Shown piece after piece: positions 22,405 through 33,552 of a stretch of 64,000 nt of DNA (its first letter is position 1; each line of letters starts with the position of its first letter). The notes below the pieces were generated by a model. That model ran no database searches. It was not told where the DNA came from and saw only the letters and a list, made by a program, of their open reading frames with translations. Source of the DNA: Trypanosoma brucei (Eukaryota); NCBI GenBank assembly GCA_000002445.1, contig CP000071.1, positions 1,280,001-1,344,000 of the forward strand, read 5' to 3'. The position numbers and the translations under genes were made by a program.

Positions 22405-25179
22405 TCACTTTGGTGCACTCTGGATCACTCGGTAAACCCCAATAATTGCCCCAACAAAACCAACAATGGCACCCGTTGGATGGATCATCGCTTTTAGAGG
22501 AGCATCCCGCTTCCCTGTGTCGTACCCCCCAAAGCAGTACATCACAGCAAGGTAAAACTCCGCTAAGTAACTCACCTGAAGCCAAATGGTAGCACTCCAG
22601 TTAGAATGAGATCGCACCAACCATATGTAGTTGAAAAGCCTTCGCATCAGCCACGGAATAAACAGAAAGACAACCTCAGCGCGTCCTGTTATCGACTTAG
22701 ACGCTTTTTGCCGTACAGCGGCATTCCCATTGGTCTCAACTTCCTCCGTGTCAGTGACGCCTTTTTCCTCCGCTGTTGTGTCATCACCACCCTCCTCGAG
22801 CTTTTCACCCTGTTCGTCGGGTGATGTCATCTCAACAAAGAGCTTGCCGCATACACGACAGGCGGGGGCGATGTTCTCCGGATCAGCAGCCTCAAAGTAA
22901 CCCGGGGAGGAGCAAATGGGCACGCCGAAATCGAGATCCACATCTGGGAAGTACAAATTTGCCTGCCGCCGGATAACGAGCTCACGGAAAAGCATTACGG
23001 AGCCCCTTGTGTCGGGGTCCTTACAACCACAGCGAAACCTGGGATTGTCTCTGACATTTGTATACTTGTACCAACCGGGGTTCAACAGACGAATTGTGTT
23101 CAGGAGGACGTCAATGCTGGCAACTATCAACCATAGCCAGTGGCAGTGCCGTTGAAGAAGCGCACGGTTTTTCTCAACCGGTGACAGGTTTAAAAAGTGC
23201 TCAGATGAAAGCAGGAGGAGGTCGCGGAGCAGACGGCGGGCAATAGTCGCGATACTGCGCACGGCCTGAAGTAGTATGAGAGGTGTGCTGAACTGGAGAA
23301 TACCCTTGCGTCGACTCGCAGGTTTCCCCATCTCTGCTGCAAGACCTCTCTCCCTCTCTTCTTCCCTGTCGTCAGAGGGAGAGACAGTACCATTAGACTC
23401 TAAGTGGTTATCACCTTCATCAAAGGCTGCACCGAGTGAGAACATGTTCTCTTCTGCACCTATATCATCACCGTTATCAACAGCACTCCCACAACGTGCA
23501 AACTTGGCTCTAGAGGGTTGGTTCTTTGACATTTTGTTCATACTGTCACCTTCACCTTGGTGAGGCAACCGCAGAGCATCACCAAGCTTCGGTTCGTACG
23601 GCACAGTTTGGTACATTTTAAAATAACTCTGATGAGAGTCATCAGGATTTCTGCTCGTTGAGAAACCCTCGTTGTATGTGTCGCCTTTGGGTTTCCCTTC
23701 TTGCATCAAACTATAATTAAGCGAACCACCGCAAATGCTGCTGGGTGCCGTATTGTTGTTGTGAGCGATTGATGTGTTGTTGCTGTTGCTTGACTCATCA
23801 TCGGCTCCAGTGCATCGGAGTGGCCGCAGTAACGTGGCAGGTTTTGATAGTGACGCCCTTGTGGTGTTACCAATACCAACTGCATACATCTCAGTGGCGG
23901 CAGGGTATAATGACGGAGGGGTCGCGGAAGGGGCGAGAGAACCCGAAGTGAGCGCCTCAGTTCGCAGCGGATCACGAACCATGAGACCTTTACCTTCTGA
24001 TAGTGTTGAGAAACCCGCCACCTTGCGGTCTCCATCTTCTTTAGCCTCCTCGCTTTGCAACGCCATATCAGACGCTTTAATGGCACCAGAAACTCCCACC
24101 TCCTTCTGTTGTATCCCGGTCAGACTCGGACCAGTAGTAACTAATTTCGCATCGATAGAATGCAACTCTGAGACGAACTGACGAGGAAACTCCACACGAG
24201 CGACGTGCTCATATGTGTCACCAGGAACCAAAACTTCCCTATTCACAAACTGACCGGCGCTTCCTCCCCCAACACCATTGTTGTCCCACCCGATAAGTCG
24301 TCGCATCACGGACCCCGGTGGAAGGGATAAGTATCGGCATAAGAACGCCTTAAATTCACCCTTCACCTCCCTCATAGTCCTTCCATATTTCAAGGCAAGT
24401 CTTTCGTAAACCTCCTGCAGGTAAAAAGCATTCACTATCCAACGCCCCAACTTGAACAAGCTGCGTCCGTGGCGAATGGTGTTAATATTTTTTCGAAAAC
24501 GTTCTGCCCAGTAATCTGCAGTCTCCTCCGAACCCTGTGGGAGGATTGACGGCCGCATCAAAAGACAAATTAAAAGATGCAAACTACACTGCATACACTT
24601 AAATAATCTGTCCCGACCGTCTGAAGCTGTCAACAAATAAAGAAATGTGCTTCGTGGAAGGTCATTAGGAATCAAGAACGCCATGTTGTCATCAGCACCC
24701 TGCAAGAAACCACCTACTCGCACCTGCGTGCGGTCAAAGTTGTCACCATCTCTACGTGAAACAACCCTGTTAGCAATATCTGCCTCCTCATCGTCGTCCA
24801 GACCATCTTCATCTTTTTCTGTGCCAGTGTTTGGATAAATAACTGTCATGAATGGGTCAACGGTGCCTGAATCTAAAAAACCTTCTGGAGAGCCATCGCC
24901 GGCCGGATCGGCTGCGTCGTCTTTACGCTTTGAACTCTCTTTGGGGAAGCCAAGTTCCTCCTGCAGAAGCTGTGAAGAAGTTCCTATTTTCACCACTCTC
25001 TTACGCGGTACTGGTGCTTTAATCGCAGATGATCCAGCGACCGCGTCAGGCAAAAACTCCTCCTCATTATTATTATTATTGTTATTATGTGCCCCAGCAA
25101 CAGCAGCGTCGCATCCGCTGTTGTTACTGTCAGCCATTAATCCGCAGCTACTGCACGGTAGTTCGTGGCTGATAACCAA
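22405..25179 (-). CDS. hypothetical protein (924 aa) with a poly-Asn run and a C-terminal hydrophobic hairpin
   Basis: Long ORF. The (TTA)n at about 25066-25089 encodes N8. The C-terminus (WLQVSYLAEFYLAVMYCFGG...AIVGFVGAIIGVY) is hydrophobic. I recognise no family. Confidence 0.6.
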   Translation of the reverse strand: MVISHELPCSSCGLMADSNNSGCDAAVAGAHNNNNNNNEEEFLPDAVAGSSAIKAPVPRKRVVKIGTSSQLLQEELGFPKESSKRKDDAADPAGDGSPEGFLDSGTVDPFMTVIYPNTGTEKDEDGLDDDEEADIANRVVSRRDGDNFDRTQVRVGGFLQGADDNMAFLIPNDLPRSTFLYLLTASDGRDRLFKCMQCSLHLLICLLMRPSILPQGSEETADYWAERFRKNINTIRHGRSLFKLGRWIVNAFYLQEVYERLALKYGRTMREVKGEFKAFLCRYLSLPPGSVMRRLIGWDNNGVGGGSAGQFVNREVLVPGDTYEHVARVEFPRQFVSELHSIDAKLVTTGPSLTGIQQKEVGVSGAIKASDMALQSEEAKEDGDRKVAGFSTLSEGKGLMVRDPLRTEALTSGSLAPSATPPSLYPAATEMYAVGIGNTTRASLSKPATLLRPLRCTGADDESSNSNNTSIAHNNNTAPSSICGGSLNYSLMQEGKPKGDTYNEGFSTSRNPDDSHQSYFKMYQTVPYEPKLGDALRLPHQGEGDSMNKMSKNQPSRAKFARCGSAVDNGDDIGAEENMFSLGAAFDEGDNHLESNGTVSPSDDREEERERGLAAEMGKPASRRKGILQFSTPLILLQAVRSIATIARRLLRDLLLLSSEHFLNLSPVEKNRALLQRHCHWLWLIVASIDVLLNTIRLLNPGWYKYTNVRDNPRFRCGCKDPDTRGSVMLFRELVIRRQANLYFPDVDLDFGVPICSSPGYFEAADPENIAPACRVCGKLFVEMTSPDEQGEKLEEGGDDTTAEEKGVTDTEEVETNGNAAVRQKASKSITGRAEVVFLFIPWLMRRLFNYIWLVRSHSNWSATIWLQVSYLAEFYLAVMYCFGGYDTGKRDAPLKAMIHPTGAIVGFVGAIIGVYRVIQSAPK

Positions 25180-26376
25180 TTCTGTTCCCTACAGGAGAAC
25201 CAAAGTAAAAGAGGGTAAATGAAAAAAAAAAAGGGAGGCGGGAGAAATAGGGCAGTAGTACGGGGCAAAAATACACGGATCGACGCCCGTCACACTTTCT
25301 CCTTCCCGCTATAAACCGAAAAAATAAAACGAAAACACATACACACACACACAAAAAAAAAAAAAGAGCGACGTTCCACAGTTCCATTTTTTTTGTACGT
25401 ATACCACCACGCGAAGCACACAAACCGGATGGAAATATCACATCACAAACCTCACATTCATGTGTTTAAAGGTGCCTAATACAACAAGCCCAATAATGTA
25501 GAAACATGTACACCGCCTCTAGCGAAAAAAAAAAAATGGCTCAGGCACCTCATGAATAATGTGCCCTCAACTATACAAGGAGAATCCCAGTGGTTGTCTA
25601 ATTGAAAAGACACACAAACTCGGAAATTATGAAAATTCACACCGCTACCTTAATAGTTTGAAACACTTCCTCCCTAAGTCACAGTTCTTCATCTTAGTTT
25701 CCCTAGCTTGGCTACAGCAAGGGATGGTTGCGGGTTAAACAAGCGTGCACCACACACGTATCTATTTATATATGCATAGTTAAGTCATACACTAATAACC
25801 CCCTGTTTAAAAAAAAAAGACAAAAAACAAAAAGCTAATAAAGAGAGGTTTGCAAAAGCTGAAGTGAAGTATTACACCACACATTTTCACCCTGAGGTGG
25901 ACAAGAGTTATCCAAGTAAACGGAAGACAGGTCAGACGATGCGGACCGACAACTTAGTGATAATAACAACAACTTGTTCGCTGGAAGTTTAGCATTTTAG
26001 CGGAGGAAACGAAAACAAGCTGTTTTTTTTTAAAAATCGATGGCTCGCGACAAAGAAAGTGCCCAACAAAAAAAAGTTGTACTGAAGAAGATTTAAAGCA
26101 CAACACCCCGTTACACGTCCAGTTGGTGCCTGAGAAAATTAGTTTCCTCCACCATTTGAATTTTTCGCCCACAACTCTCACCACTCACATCCAATACTCA
26201 CGATATCGACGCCTGCTGCTTCACCCTCCCCGCAAAACTATTCCTCGTTACTTTCCCGCAGGGCCTTTGATTCTCATTTACCCTTTCCCTCTTCCTTCTT
26301 TTGGTGCTCATCGGCCTCAACATACTCTTCTCCTATATTTTTTTCCCCCTTCCTCTGGCTCCCTTAATCAATAAAT

Positions 26377-26718
26377 TCAAGCAGTGGAGGAAACATACTC
26401 CCTAGTTCCTGCTGCGGCGAGGCGCTTACGCTGCGGCGCGCTGCCGGGTTCATAAGCGGGGAACTTTTGCTCCCGCTCCTCCTCATCCTGCACTCCTGCG
26501 TAGTGCATCCACGCGAGGCCGAATCGCTCCGTGTCTTGCGTGACCATGGCAGCATTGTAAGCGATAACAAGCGCGGCAGGGGTTAAGAAGGAAAGGTAAA
26601 CACTTCCAACATGCCTCGCATACGTCTTTGTGAACTGCCACACTTTGTTCCACCTACTCTCACCGTCAGCGGTACCGTTGAGCATCATAAACATATATAT
26701 TTGCTTACGTGGCCGCAA
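26377..26718 (-). CDS. small hypothetical single-TM protein (about 100-113 aa)
   Basis: A GC-rich, coding-like island in an otherwise AT/purine-rich spacer. One clear TM (VYLSFLTPAALVIAYNAAMV). The start could be any of M1, M9, M11 or M12. Confidence 0.5.
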   Translation of the reverse strand: MRPRKQIYMFMMLNGTADGESRWNKVWQFTKTYARHVGSVYLSFLTPAALVIAYNAAMVTQDTERFGLAWMHYAGVQDEEEREQKFPAYEPGSAPQRKRLAAAGTREYVSSTA

Positions 26719-27266
26719 CTACTTTTGTTTTGATTATCGCTTGCGCTGCTACTGTTTCTACCGGATATTCGTCTGCGTCCCTTCCTTTCCGCACGAGAGG
26801 ATGAGAGTGTGAATATGGAATAATTATTTTGCAGTGTAAAAACAAGCAGCCTGTGAAAGGTACACGGAACACGCTGTCAAGCAAAGCGATGAAAGAAAGA
26901 AGGCATGGAAAGTGCAGGAAGTCACGAAACAAGAAACAGTAACCTCAATAATGAGTGCAGCCTGCTAACACCGCATACTTGAGAAATGTGTTACACTCAT
27001 CACCCTTTCTCCCGCATACTCGCAATAGGAGAGGAAAAATAATGGAGCGAAAACTGGAAAAAAACGAGGGGAACCCCCAGTATGGTCTCGCTACTGCATC
27101 CGACTATCAACACCCCGGCCCCCTTTCAAGTCAACAGTCACACGGTTCGTTCATTACCATCTTCTCTCTGTGTATATTCCAAAATCATCACTCTTCCCCC
27201 CCCCCCTCCCCCAAGTTGCCTCCGCTACCGCAAAGCAACAGCATTAAGCAAACGCAAGCATCACGA

Positions 27267-28715
27267 TCAGTCCTCAGGACTGTAGTTTTCCCGAACGATG
27301 CGGTGAATCTGCGACGGCGTGTACTCCGACTCGTTAGTTGCGTAGAGCGTAATCAACTCTGGAGGCACATACTCCGTCACTGGTGAGTGCACCACAAAAG
27401 AGCCAAACGTGTCAACATCAGCTCCGTACGGAGCTGGCAGTACATCACCTGGAGACCCGTATGTGTTCCACGGTATTTCTTGTGCTGAAGAACGAGAAAT
27501 TTTCACCAGGCTTGTGCAGTACGCATCACTGGGGTAAAATGGAGTCATTTTTATGGTTGCGGTTACTACGAGCACGGGAACGGCAAAATGCTTGGCTGCG
27601 ATACAAAGTGGATGGGTTCCAATAGGCGCAAGAATCCCGCCATTTGCGAGGACGTTTTCAGCACCGATCAGCACTTTTGTGCAGGTACCCATAACCGCAA
27701 ATGCAGAGCTGTCGGGTAACACTTGCACTTCTGCGTGCTTGGAGCGTAGCTCCGCTGCTAATTTATGGGACGCCTCGCACAGAAGAGGTGCACCCTCCAA
27801 AATAATAACTTTAAACGAAGTTCCCGCTGACAGAGCATGTAAGAGGTACCGACGGGTTGTATGGCTGCTACCTGTTGTTATTACCGTGTCTGTTGGGTGC
27901 AGTTGCTTTACCGCACGCTCGCATAGGGCGTCGCACATCCCCTCTATTTCAGCACGGAGTTCTACAATATGTTGCAAGACACAGTTGAAAAAATCGTGGG
28001 CGTGTACGAGCACGGCCGCTTCCTCACGCACCACGCTGTCCACCTCACGCCGACTCGGCGCCCTGCGGAGTGTTTGCCTGCCAGGGATGCCAACGGTTGA
28101 TATTTCCTGCTCCTCTTCCTCATAACTCTCATTGGAATCATTTGTAGTGCCCGTCCCCCGTCCTGTACCGCCTGCAACTGAGCACACGCCACTCGACTGC
28201 CGATTAGTGGTCGCCAGCCGCTGCATATCCAACGAAGCACTTTTCTCATTGTCTGACCCACCCGCATCCCCCTTCTCAAAGCTATCAACCTCATTACTGC
28301 TCACTTTACATTCAACGGCAGCCGTACGAATAAAAGAGAGCACGCGACGCGTGACATTTGTGAGCAGAAGCGTACCAAATTGGGCGCGCAACATTGCGTC
28401 ACCAGTGAATGAGATGAGCCATATCAGTCGATGCACGTCCCTAGAGGTTATAATCTCACAGGAGTGGGAGTGAGTCCCTGTAGTGCCTTTCTTTTCCAGA
28501 TGGTTTTTAAATTCTGTAATAATTTCGTGCATAAGCTGCACCGAGCCGCTGGCTGCCGTCATCGAAAAGCTTTTACCATCACGCGGCCCCAACTTGCCGC
28601 GGCGAACGTTTCCCACAAACTTCTCAATAAGATCCCCGATAATCTCCATTAAAGGTGAGGCCTCCTCTTGTATCCGAATCGATCGTTTCCCCATCGCAAC
28701 TATGACTGCTACCAC
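27267..28715 (-). CDS. eIF2B alpha/beta/delta-family (IF-2B domain) protein, probably a translation initiation factor eIF2B regulatory subunit (482 aa)
   Basis: The C-terminal half has the IF-2B fold signature TVITTGSSHTTRRYLLHA...VIILEGAPLLCEASHKLAAEL...VLIGAENVLANGGILAPIGTHPLCIAAKHFAVPVLVV. An N-terminal extension carries a low-complexity acidic/Gly-Thr region. Confidence 0.7.
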   Translation of the reverse strand: MVAVIVAMGKRSIRIQEEASPLMEIIGDLIEKFVGNVRRGKLGPRDGKSFSMTAASGSVQLMHEIITEFKNHLEKKGTTGTHSHSCEIITSRDVHRLIWLISFTGDAMLRAQFGTLLLTNVTRRVLSFIRTAAVECKVSSNEVDSFEKGDAGGSDNEKSASLDMQRLATTNRQSSGVCSVAGGTGRGTGTTNDSNESYEEEEQEISTVGIPGRQTLRRAPSRREVDSVVREEAAVLVHAHDFFNCVLQHIVELRAEIEGMCDALCERAVKQLHPTDTVITTGSSHTTRRYLLHALSAGTSFKVIILEGAPLLCEASHKLAAELRSKHAEVQVLPDSSAFAVMGTCTKVLIGAENVLANGGILAPIGTHPLCIAAKHFAVPVLVVTATIKMTPFYPSDAYCTSLVKISRSSAQEIPWNTYGSPGDVLPAPYGADVDTFGSFVVHSPVTEYVPPELITLYATNESEYTPSQIHRIVRENYSPED

Positions 28716-29519
28716 CGCCGATGTTTGTGACGGCCGTGCACACTGAGCTGCGGATTAAAAACGCTTGCGTCGGATACCGTAGAGGAAGAATCCTGAATCA
28801 CACAAATTCACTACCTTGTATGACATACATGTACGAAAACACACATATGGATATGGGAACGAACATTTGTTAACCAAGAAAAGAACACAAACAACAACGG
28901 TTAAAAGCGGTGAGAAATCGTGGGTATCAGGGAGTGTGGAAAAGAAAGCTATTGAATGAACAACAGAACGAGCGCAAAGAGACAAAGTCTCAGATGCCCC
29001 TACATTCACGTGATATTCTACCACAATGAATAACGTCCCGATAGGAAGCTACACATGGTAATTTTTACGTGTATATACAGTCAAAATAAAAAAGGAAGAA
29101 AGGCGCAAAAGAGTGAGCTCTCAATATAAATTAGGGGAGGGAAAGAGCGAGCCATCCACGAGCTGGATTAATGGAAAGTCAGAAAAGAAACGCGAAGAAA
29201 GTAAAACCAAGAACAAACGCCTTTCCTCTAGCTGCTTGACACAAGAAAACTTCCCTTTCTACGCAAATCTAATACCTCCCGCATGACCCATTTCCAGATC
29301 CTCCGGAAAGCGTGGGCGTCAGGAGCCACTCCACAAAATACCTCTAACGTTGTGTTTGTCTACATGCATGCACATCAATGCATATGTGGGAAACAAATAC
29401 TACTGCGTTTACTTTTCTCGCCGTCCGCCTATTTTTTCTTCTTGCTTCTCCTGCTAAAGTAAGGAAGAATACATAATCACAGTAATCGAAGCAAACAACC
29501 ACATACCATCCTATTACTA

Positions 29520-31526
29520 TCACCGCTGGCGTTCCTCCCGCAGCCGGCGCCTCTCTTCACGGCGCAGCACTACCGCAGCCAAGCGTTTAATCTGCTCACG
29601 GCCCAACGGCTCATCATTGTCCAATAGAGCCATAGAGCGCCTGCCTTCCTCAGTGTCATCCTCGTGTTCACCAGAGTCGCTTGATACTGTAGAAATGCCA
29701 AGCTTTCCCCCACCAATGGGTACGATGCCATTTGTAACGCTATCTGTGAAGCAGCTCCCCTTGTCAAAGAAGCAGCTTCCATCCGTTTCCGGTGACGGCG
29801 GATTGTTTGTAACGGGGGTTGACGTTGTTGGAGTTGCCGTTTTGGCCTGTTCCTTTATAGAACACAGCTTCACACGCGTGTTGGACGATGGAAGGTTCAC
29901 GTGAATAGATGCCACACATGGCGCTGTTGAAGTGCGGTCCACCGTTTCGTCGGCAAGGGATAGTATTTTTGCCCCCAAGAGTTGCAAATTTGTAACAACA
30001 TTTTCAATCTTTGTCCGCGGAACCACAACCTCAGGCTTATACAATGAAACTTGCTCTGCGAGTACATCTGTGTGCTGCACCACCTCCGCCAGAATGCGTT
30101 CCAGTGTTGTCAGCTCCCCCAGAGCTGAGTCACGTTTACACGACGCATCGGTAACGTAGCTATCCAACTCGCTCTTCATGCAGAACGTTACAGGTGCGGG
30201 GTGTACGTAGGTAACTTCGTGATCCTTTACTTTTTTCTTCAGTCTCGCAACCTCATTCTGAAGGTCTTCAAGTCTTTTTTGCTCGTCGCGGTACTGTTTT
30301 TGAAGCTGTTCACGCAGCGCCTGCTCTTGGGAAAACTTATTCACAAGGTCGTCAAGTGACTCTGCTTCTGTCACACGCATCATTTTTACAAAACTTTTTT
30401 CGAACGCTCTCATGCGCTCCTCATCCTTCGCCGATCCACTTGCAAGAAGGGCATTAGCGATCCTGTCAGATAATTCAGCCCGTTGATTGTAGTCAGACGT
30501 ACCAGCAACCACAGAATTTCGATCAGGGGGTAATATAGTTCGTCGTCGCCTCTGCAGGACAAGTTGCTTCTCTATTTCAGCTTCTTCGATGCGCTGTAAT
30601 TCCTCATCAATTTCCTGCTGCAACTCCACTTGCCGCTGCTCAAGACCTTGTGTTTGACGTAGTGCAGTTTCCACACGAAGTCTTCTGTCAGCAAGGGCTT
30701 TGTCTTTCAAATGCCGTGCCTGCTGAAAAGAGGAATCAAAGCTCTTTAAATCCCTTTGCACGTTTTCATATTGCGATGTAGCGTTGTGATAGAGTGTTAC
30801 AAGGCGCGCATATTCCTGGTGGCGAATATCAAGGTGCTGCTCCAGAGCACGCGTGCGGGCATCACGACCAATAGAATCTTCCACAAGCTCCTTCAACAGC
30901 TCACGGTACCCATCATTAATCCTCGCAACAAACCGCTGGTGCCCCAGTGTCTGATCAAGAAATTTTTCGAGACGATGAATCCGCAATGCTACACTTTTGC
31001 TTCCTGACACGGCGCCATCTTTGGCTGCCTCAGAAAGCTCCCTTTCGTTGGTTACACGCTCCTCCTCATTTCTGCGAATTCCTTCCTCGATCTTTCTCAC
31101 TTGGTGTGTCAGGCGGTTCAGCCGTCTTATTGTTGCATATTTGCGACGGTCCAAAAGTTCCAACTCCCGGTCCGTTACGTTCTTGCCACAGGCACGAATG
31201 GAGCGGAGGTGCGTATTTTCATCGTGCATCATACGCACTTGCGCGCGATTGGAGGCAATTTTCTGTTGATACTCCCGTACCACCTTGGTCCGCTGAGCAC
31301 TGATCTCATTAATCCGCTGCATGTAAAGTTCCACTTCATTTTTTGGTGCCTCAGCCACAGTAGCGTGGCGCGACCCCGCATTGGTTCGCTGTTTCGAGGG
31401 TTGCTTTGGACTCAACTTCCGTTGATCATTCCCGGCAGCATCCCCGCGGGCACTTCGACTTTGAACGGAGGATCCCTGTGCTGGCGGAGACGAGCGCCCC
31501 GCTGCCGCTGAAGGCAACCTAGTCAT
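29520..31526 (-). CDS. hypothetical coiled-coil protein (668 aa)
   Basis: Heptad-rich, E/R/K/Q/L-dominated sequence through most of its length, a basic Ser-rich N-terminus and an RREERRRLREERQR C-terminus. Confidence 0.6.
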   Translation of the reverse strand: MTRLPSAAAGRSSPPAQGSSVQSRSARGDAAGNDQRKLSPKQPSKQRTNAGSRHATVAEAPKNEVELYMQRINEISAQRTKVVREYQQKIASNRAQVRMMHDENTHLRSIRACGKNVTDRELELLDRRKYATIRRLNRLTHQVRKIEEGIRRNEEERVTNERELSEAAKDGAVSGSKSVALRIHRLEKFLDQTLGHQRFVARINDGYRELLKELVEDSIGRDARTRALEQHLDIRHQEYARLVTLYHNATSQYENVQRDLKSFDSSFQQARHLKDKALADRRLRVETALRQTQGLEQRQVELQQEIDEELQRIEEAEIEKQLVLQRRRRTILPPDRNSVVAGTSDYNQRAELSDRIANALLASGSAKDEERMRAFEKSFVKMMRVTEAESLDDLVNKFSQEQALREQLQKQYRDEQKRLEDLQNEVARLKKKVKDHEVTYVHPAPVTFCMKSELDSYVTDASCKRDSALGELTTLERILAEVVQHTDVLAEQVSLYKPEVVVPRTKIENVVTNLQLLGAKILSLADETVDRTSTAPCVASIHVNLPSSNTRVKLCSIKEQAKTATPTTSTPVTNNPPSPETDGSCFFDKGSCFTDSVTNGIVPIGGGKLGISTVSSDSGEHEDDTEEGRRSMALLDNDEPLGREQIKRLAAVVLRREERRRLREERQR

Positions 31527-32339
31527 GCGAGCAGTATTTGCGGGCTATTTACCGAGGTAAGGAAAGGAAAGTCACAGACAAAAAATAATTTATACATATA
31601 TATATATATATAAAGGAAACGAAGGCGAAACACGGCGGGTAATGCAAATGAACAATCCGAGAAGGGGGATATCCCCCTTGTTTTCTACTCTACAACTCAT
31701 ACTCAACACTCACGCGTGCACAGACTAAACTGTGTTTCCAGGTTTAGCGGTGAACACTCCACCTCCCCCTCGCCTTCCACTCAAGAAGAGTGAGGCCCAG
31801 AACACACACAAGGGGAAACAAACAAACTTTAGTGTGCAAACCAAGAAGTCTCCACGTAAGTGTAAAGGGGGGGAAATAGCGCGCAACAGCAAGGACGTGT
31901 AAAGCCTCATGCGAATTATTTTAAAAGTTCCGGCTCAACCGACTACTTGGGAAAGATGACTTCAAACATCTCAACCGGCGAGACTGCGCGCGGGGTGCTC
32001 CGCCGCTCAGAAACAGAAGAGAAGCAAACAGATTCATGCGCCGTCAGACGCAAACCAAAGGTAACGGGCGGGAAGCAAAAGCGCAGGTAAAAATTCAAAA
32101 GGGAAATGAAGCCGCTGTTAAGAAAATTTACCTCCCCCCAAAGTAAAAGCAGACATTTCCCAATATCTGACTGCGATGAAAACAGTGGTGCAGCACGCTT
32201 CGTCAGCACACAAGAAAAAAAAACCATCCACCCTCAACACCTCCCTCTCCCCCATACTCCCCTCGCCCTCGCATTCCGGTAAGAGGCTCGCTTTCATCTA
32301 CATTTTTCTTCGATAATACCGTCTCAAGTGATGTGCACC

Positions 32340-33350
32340 TCAGGTTATTGTAATCTTCGTTTCTTCAGCCACCCTAGCCTTAGCTTTATTCAACCACTGA
32401 AGGCTCGACTCCACACGTTTCCGCATAATGCCGTGCATGTACGTCCTCCCGGCACGGATATGATAGGCTAGCGTAGTGCGGAAGTTTACTAGGTGCATAA
32501 CAGTCTCAACGAGACGCGGCGGGGGTTCCATCTGCTGCTTATACAACTGGAAGCTACACCAAAATGTGTTCGGATCGCGCACACGACCCCGAGGACCGGT
32601 CACAGCAACGACAGAATCCGGAGGGCCACCTTGTTCAAATATAAATGCAGACGAACCACAAAAGCTACGTTCATGCTTCCTCACCTCCACCATTGCCTGC
32701 AGAAAGTGACGTGTCAACACAGCATCGTCCTTAGACGGGACACGCAATGCGATAGCAACAATGAAACTTCCCCTATTATTGTACACCACCATTTCCTCAC
32801 CATCGTGGTAATGCAGCTGCAGTGGTTGAACTACTTCGGGGTTCGTTAAAAACAACTCAAATTGCCGGGCAAATGCGGGTACGAAGCTCCACGCCCGTAG
32901 CTGGGCGGTCGAATGCATTGCCTCCTTCAGCATCTTCGCAGGCACGTTGGAGGGAATGTGCACCGCAACTGTGAAATCTTCACCATCTCCCTTATGTGTG
33001 TCACACACAACAAATTTCTGCAACTCCGACGGGAAGAGTGTTGTCAGTACCTCATAAAAGTTCCCATGGGTGTTCAACTCAGCGAATGGAGTGAAGCTCC
33101 GAAGCGAAACTGTTACAGAGGCAGTGCCACCAACATTTACTGTCCCGACCTCGCCACTTCCGGTATCTTTTGAATCCACACCACTCGTCTGTGACATCTC
33201 TTTCTCTTCCTTGTCCCACTCCACGCGGATGTGATACTCGCAGCCATCGAAGTCTCGCACAACACTTACGGGTATTTTGCTATCGCCCCTCAAGATGCGC
33301 TCAACAGCAGCATGAACGGCGGGATGCTCCCTCTCTAACAGCAACAGCAT
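32340..33350 (-). CDS. ARPC2: Arp2/3 complex subunit 2 (ARPC2/p34-Arc) homolog, 336 aa
   Basis: Alignment against the ARPC2 sequence I remember: N-terminal MLLLLEREHPAVHAAVERILRG (cf. [25 protein letters not shown]), RDFDGCEYHIR (cf. ADFDGVLYHIS), HYHDGEEMVVY (cf. HYRDDETMYVE), NFRTTLAYHIRAGRTYMHGIMRKR (cf. [24 protein letters not shown]), C-terminal KITIT (cf. KTITGK). Confidence 0.75.
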   Translation of the reverse strand: MLLLLEREHPAVHAAVERILRGDSKIPVSVVRDFDGCEYHIRVEWDKEEKEMSQTSGVDSKDTGSGEVGTVNVGGTASVTVSLRSFTPFAELNTHGNFYEVLTTLFPSELQKFVVCDTHKGDGEDFTVAVHIPSNVPAKMLKEAMHSTAQLRAWSFVPAFARQFELFLTNPEVVQPLQLHYHDGEEMVVYNNRGSFIVAIALRVPSKDDAVLTRHFLQAMVEVRKHERSFCGSSAFIFEQGGPPDSVVAVTGPRGRVRDPNTFWCSFQLYKQQMEPPPRLVETVMHLVNFRTTLAYHIRAGRTYMHGIMRKRVESSLQWLNKAKARVAEETKITIT

Positions 33351-33369
33351 CTATGGAAGGACTATATGC

Positions 33370-33397
33370 AGGTAAGAAACAAAAAGGAAAAAGAACG
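33370..33397 (-). promoter_or_regulatory. polypyrimidine tract with AG acceptor immediately upstream of the ARPC2 start codon; putative trans-splicing signal
   Basis: The plus strand reads aggtaagaaacaaaaaggaaaaagaacg, which is cgttctttttcctttttgtttcttacct on the coding (minus) strand, 20-50 nt 5' of the ATG at 33350. Similar purine-rich plus-strand blocks sit just above most minus-strand ORF starts, for example 28860-28960 and 36570-36610. Confidence 0.4.
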
Positions 33398-33510
33398 CAT
33401 ACATATATTCATTGTGGTGCCGGTATACTACTGGGACCAGGTTCCCGAAAGCAGTAGGGAAGAAGACAACAAGGGTAATGAAATCAATGTATACATATAT
33501 ACATATAGAC

Positions 33511-33513
<3 letters not shown>

Positions 33514-33551
<38 letters not shown>
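33514..33551. repeat. (AT)n microsatellite
   Basis: About 19 AT units are read directly. Confidence 0.95.

Positions 33552-33552
<1 letters not shown>

Noticed and set aside
22280-22585. Minus-strand 101-aa ORF overlapping the 3' end of the 924-aa gene
   Set aside because: Alternate frame of a real CDS; Cys/Trp-rich nonsense translation.
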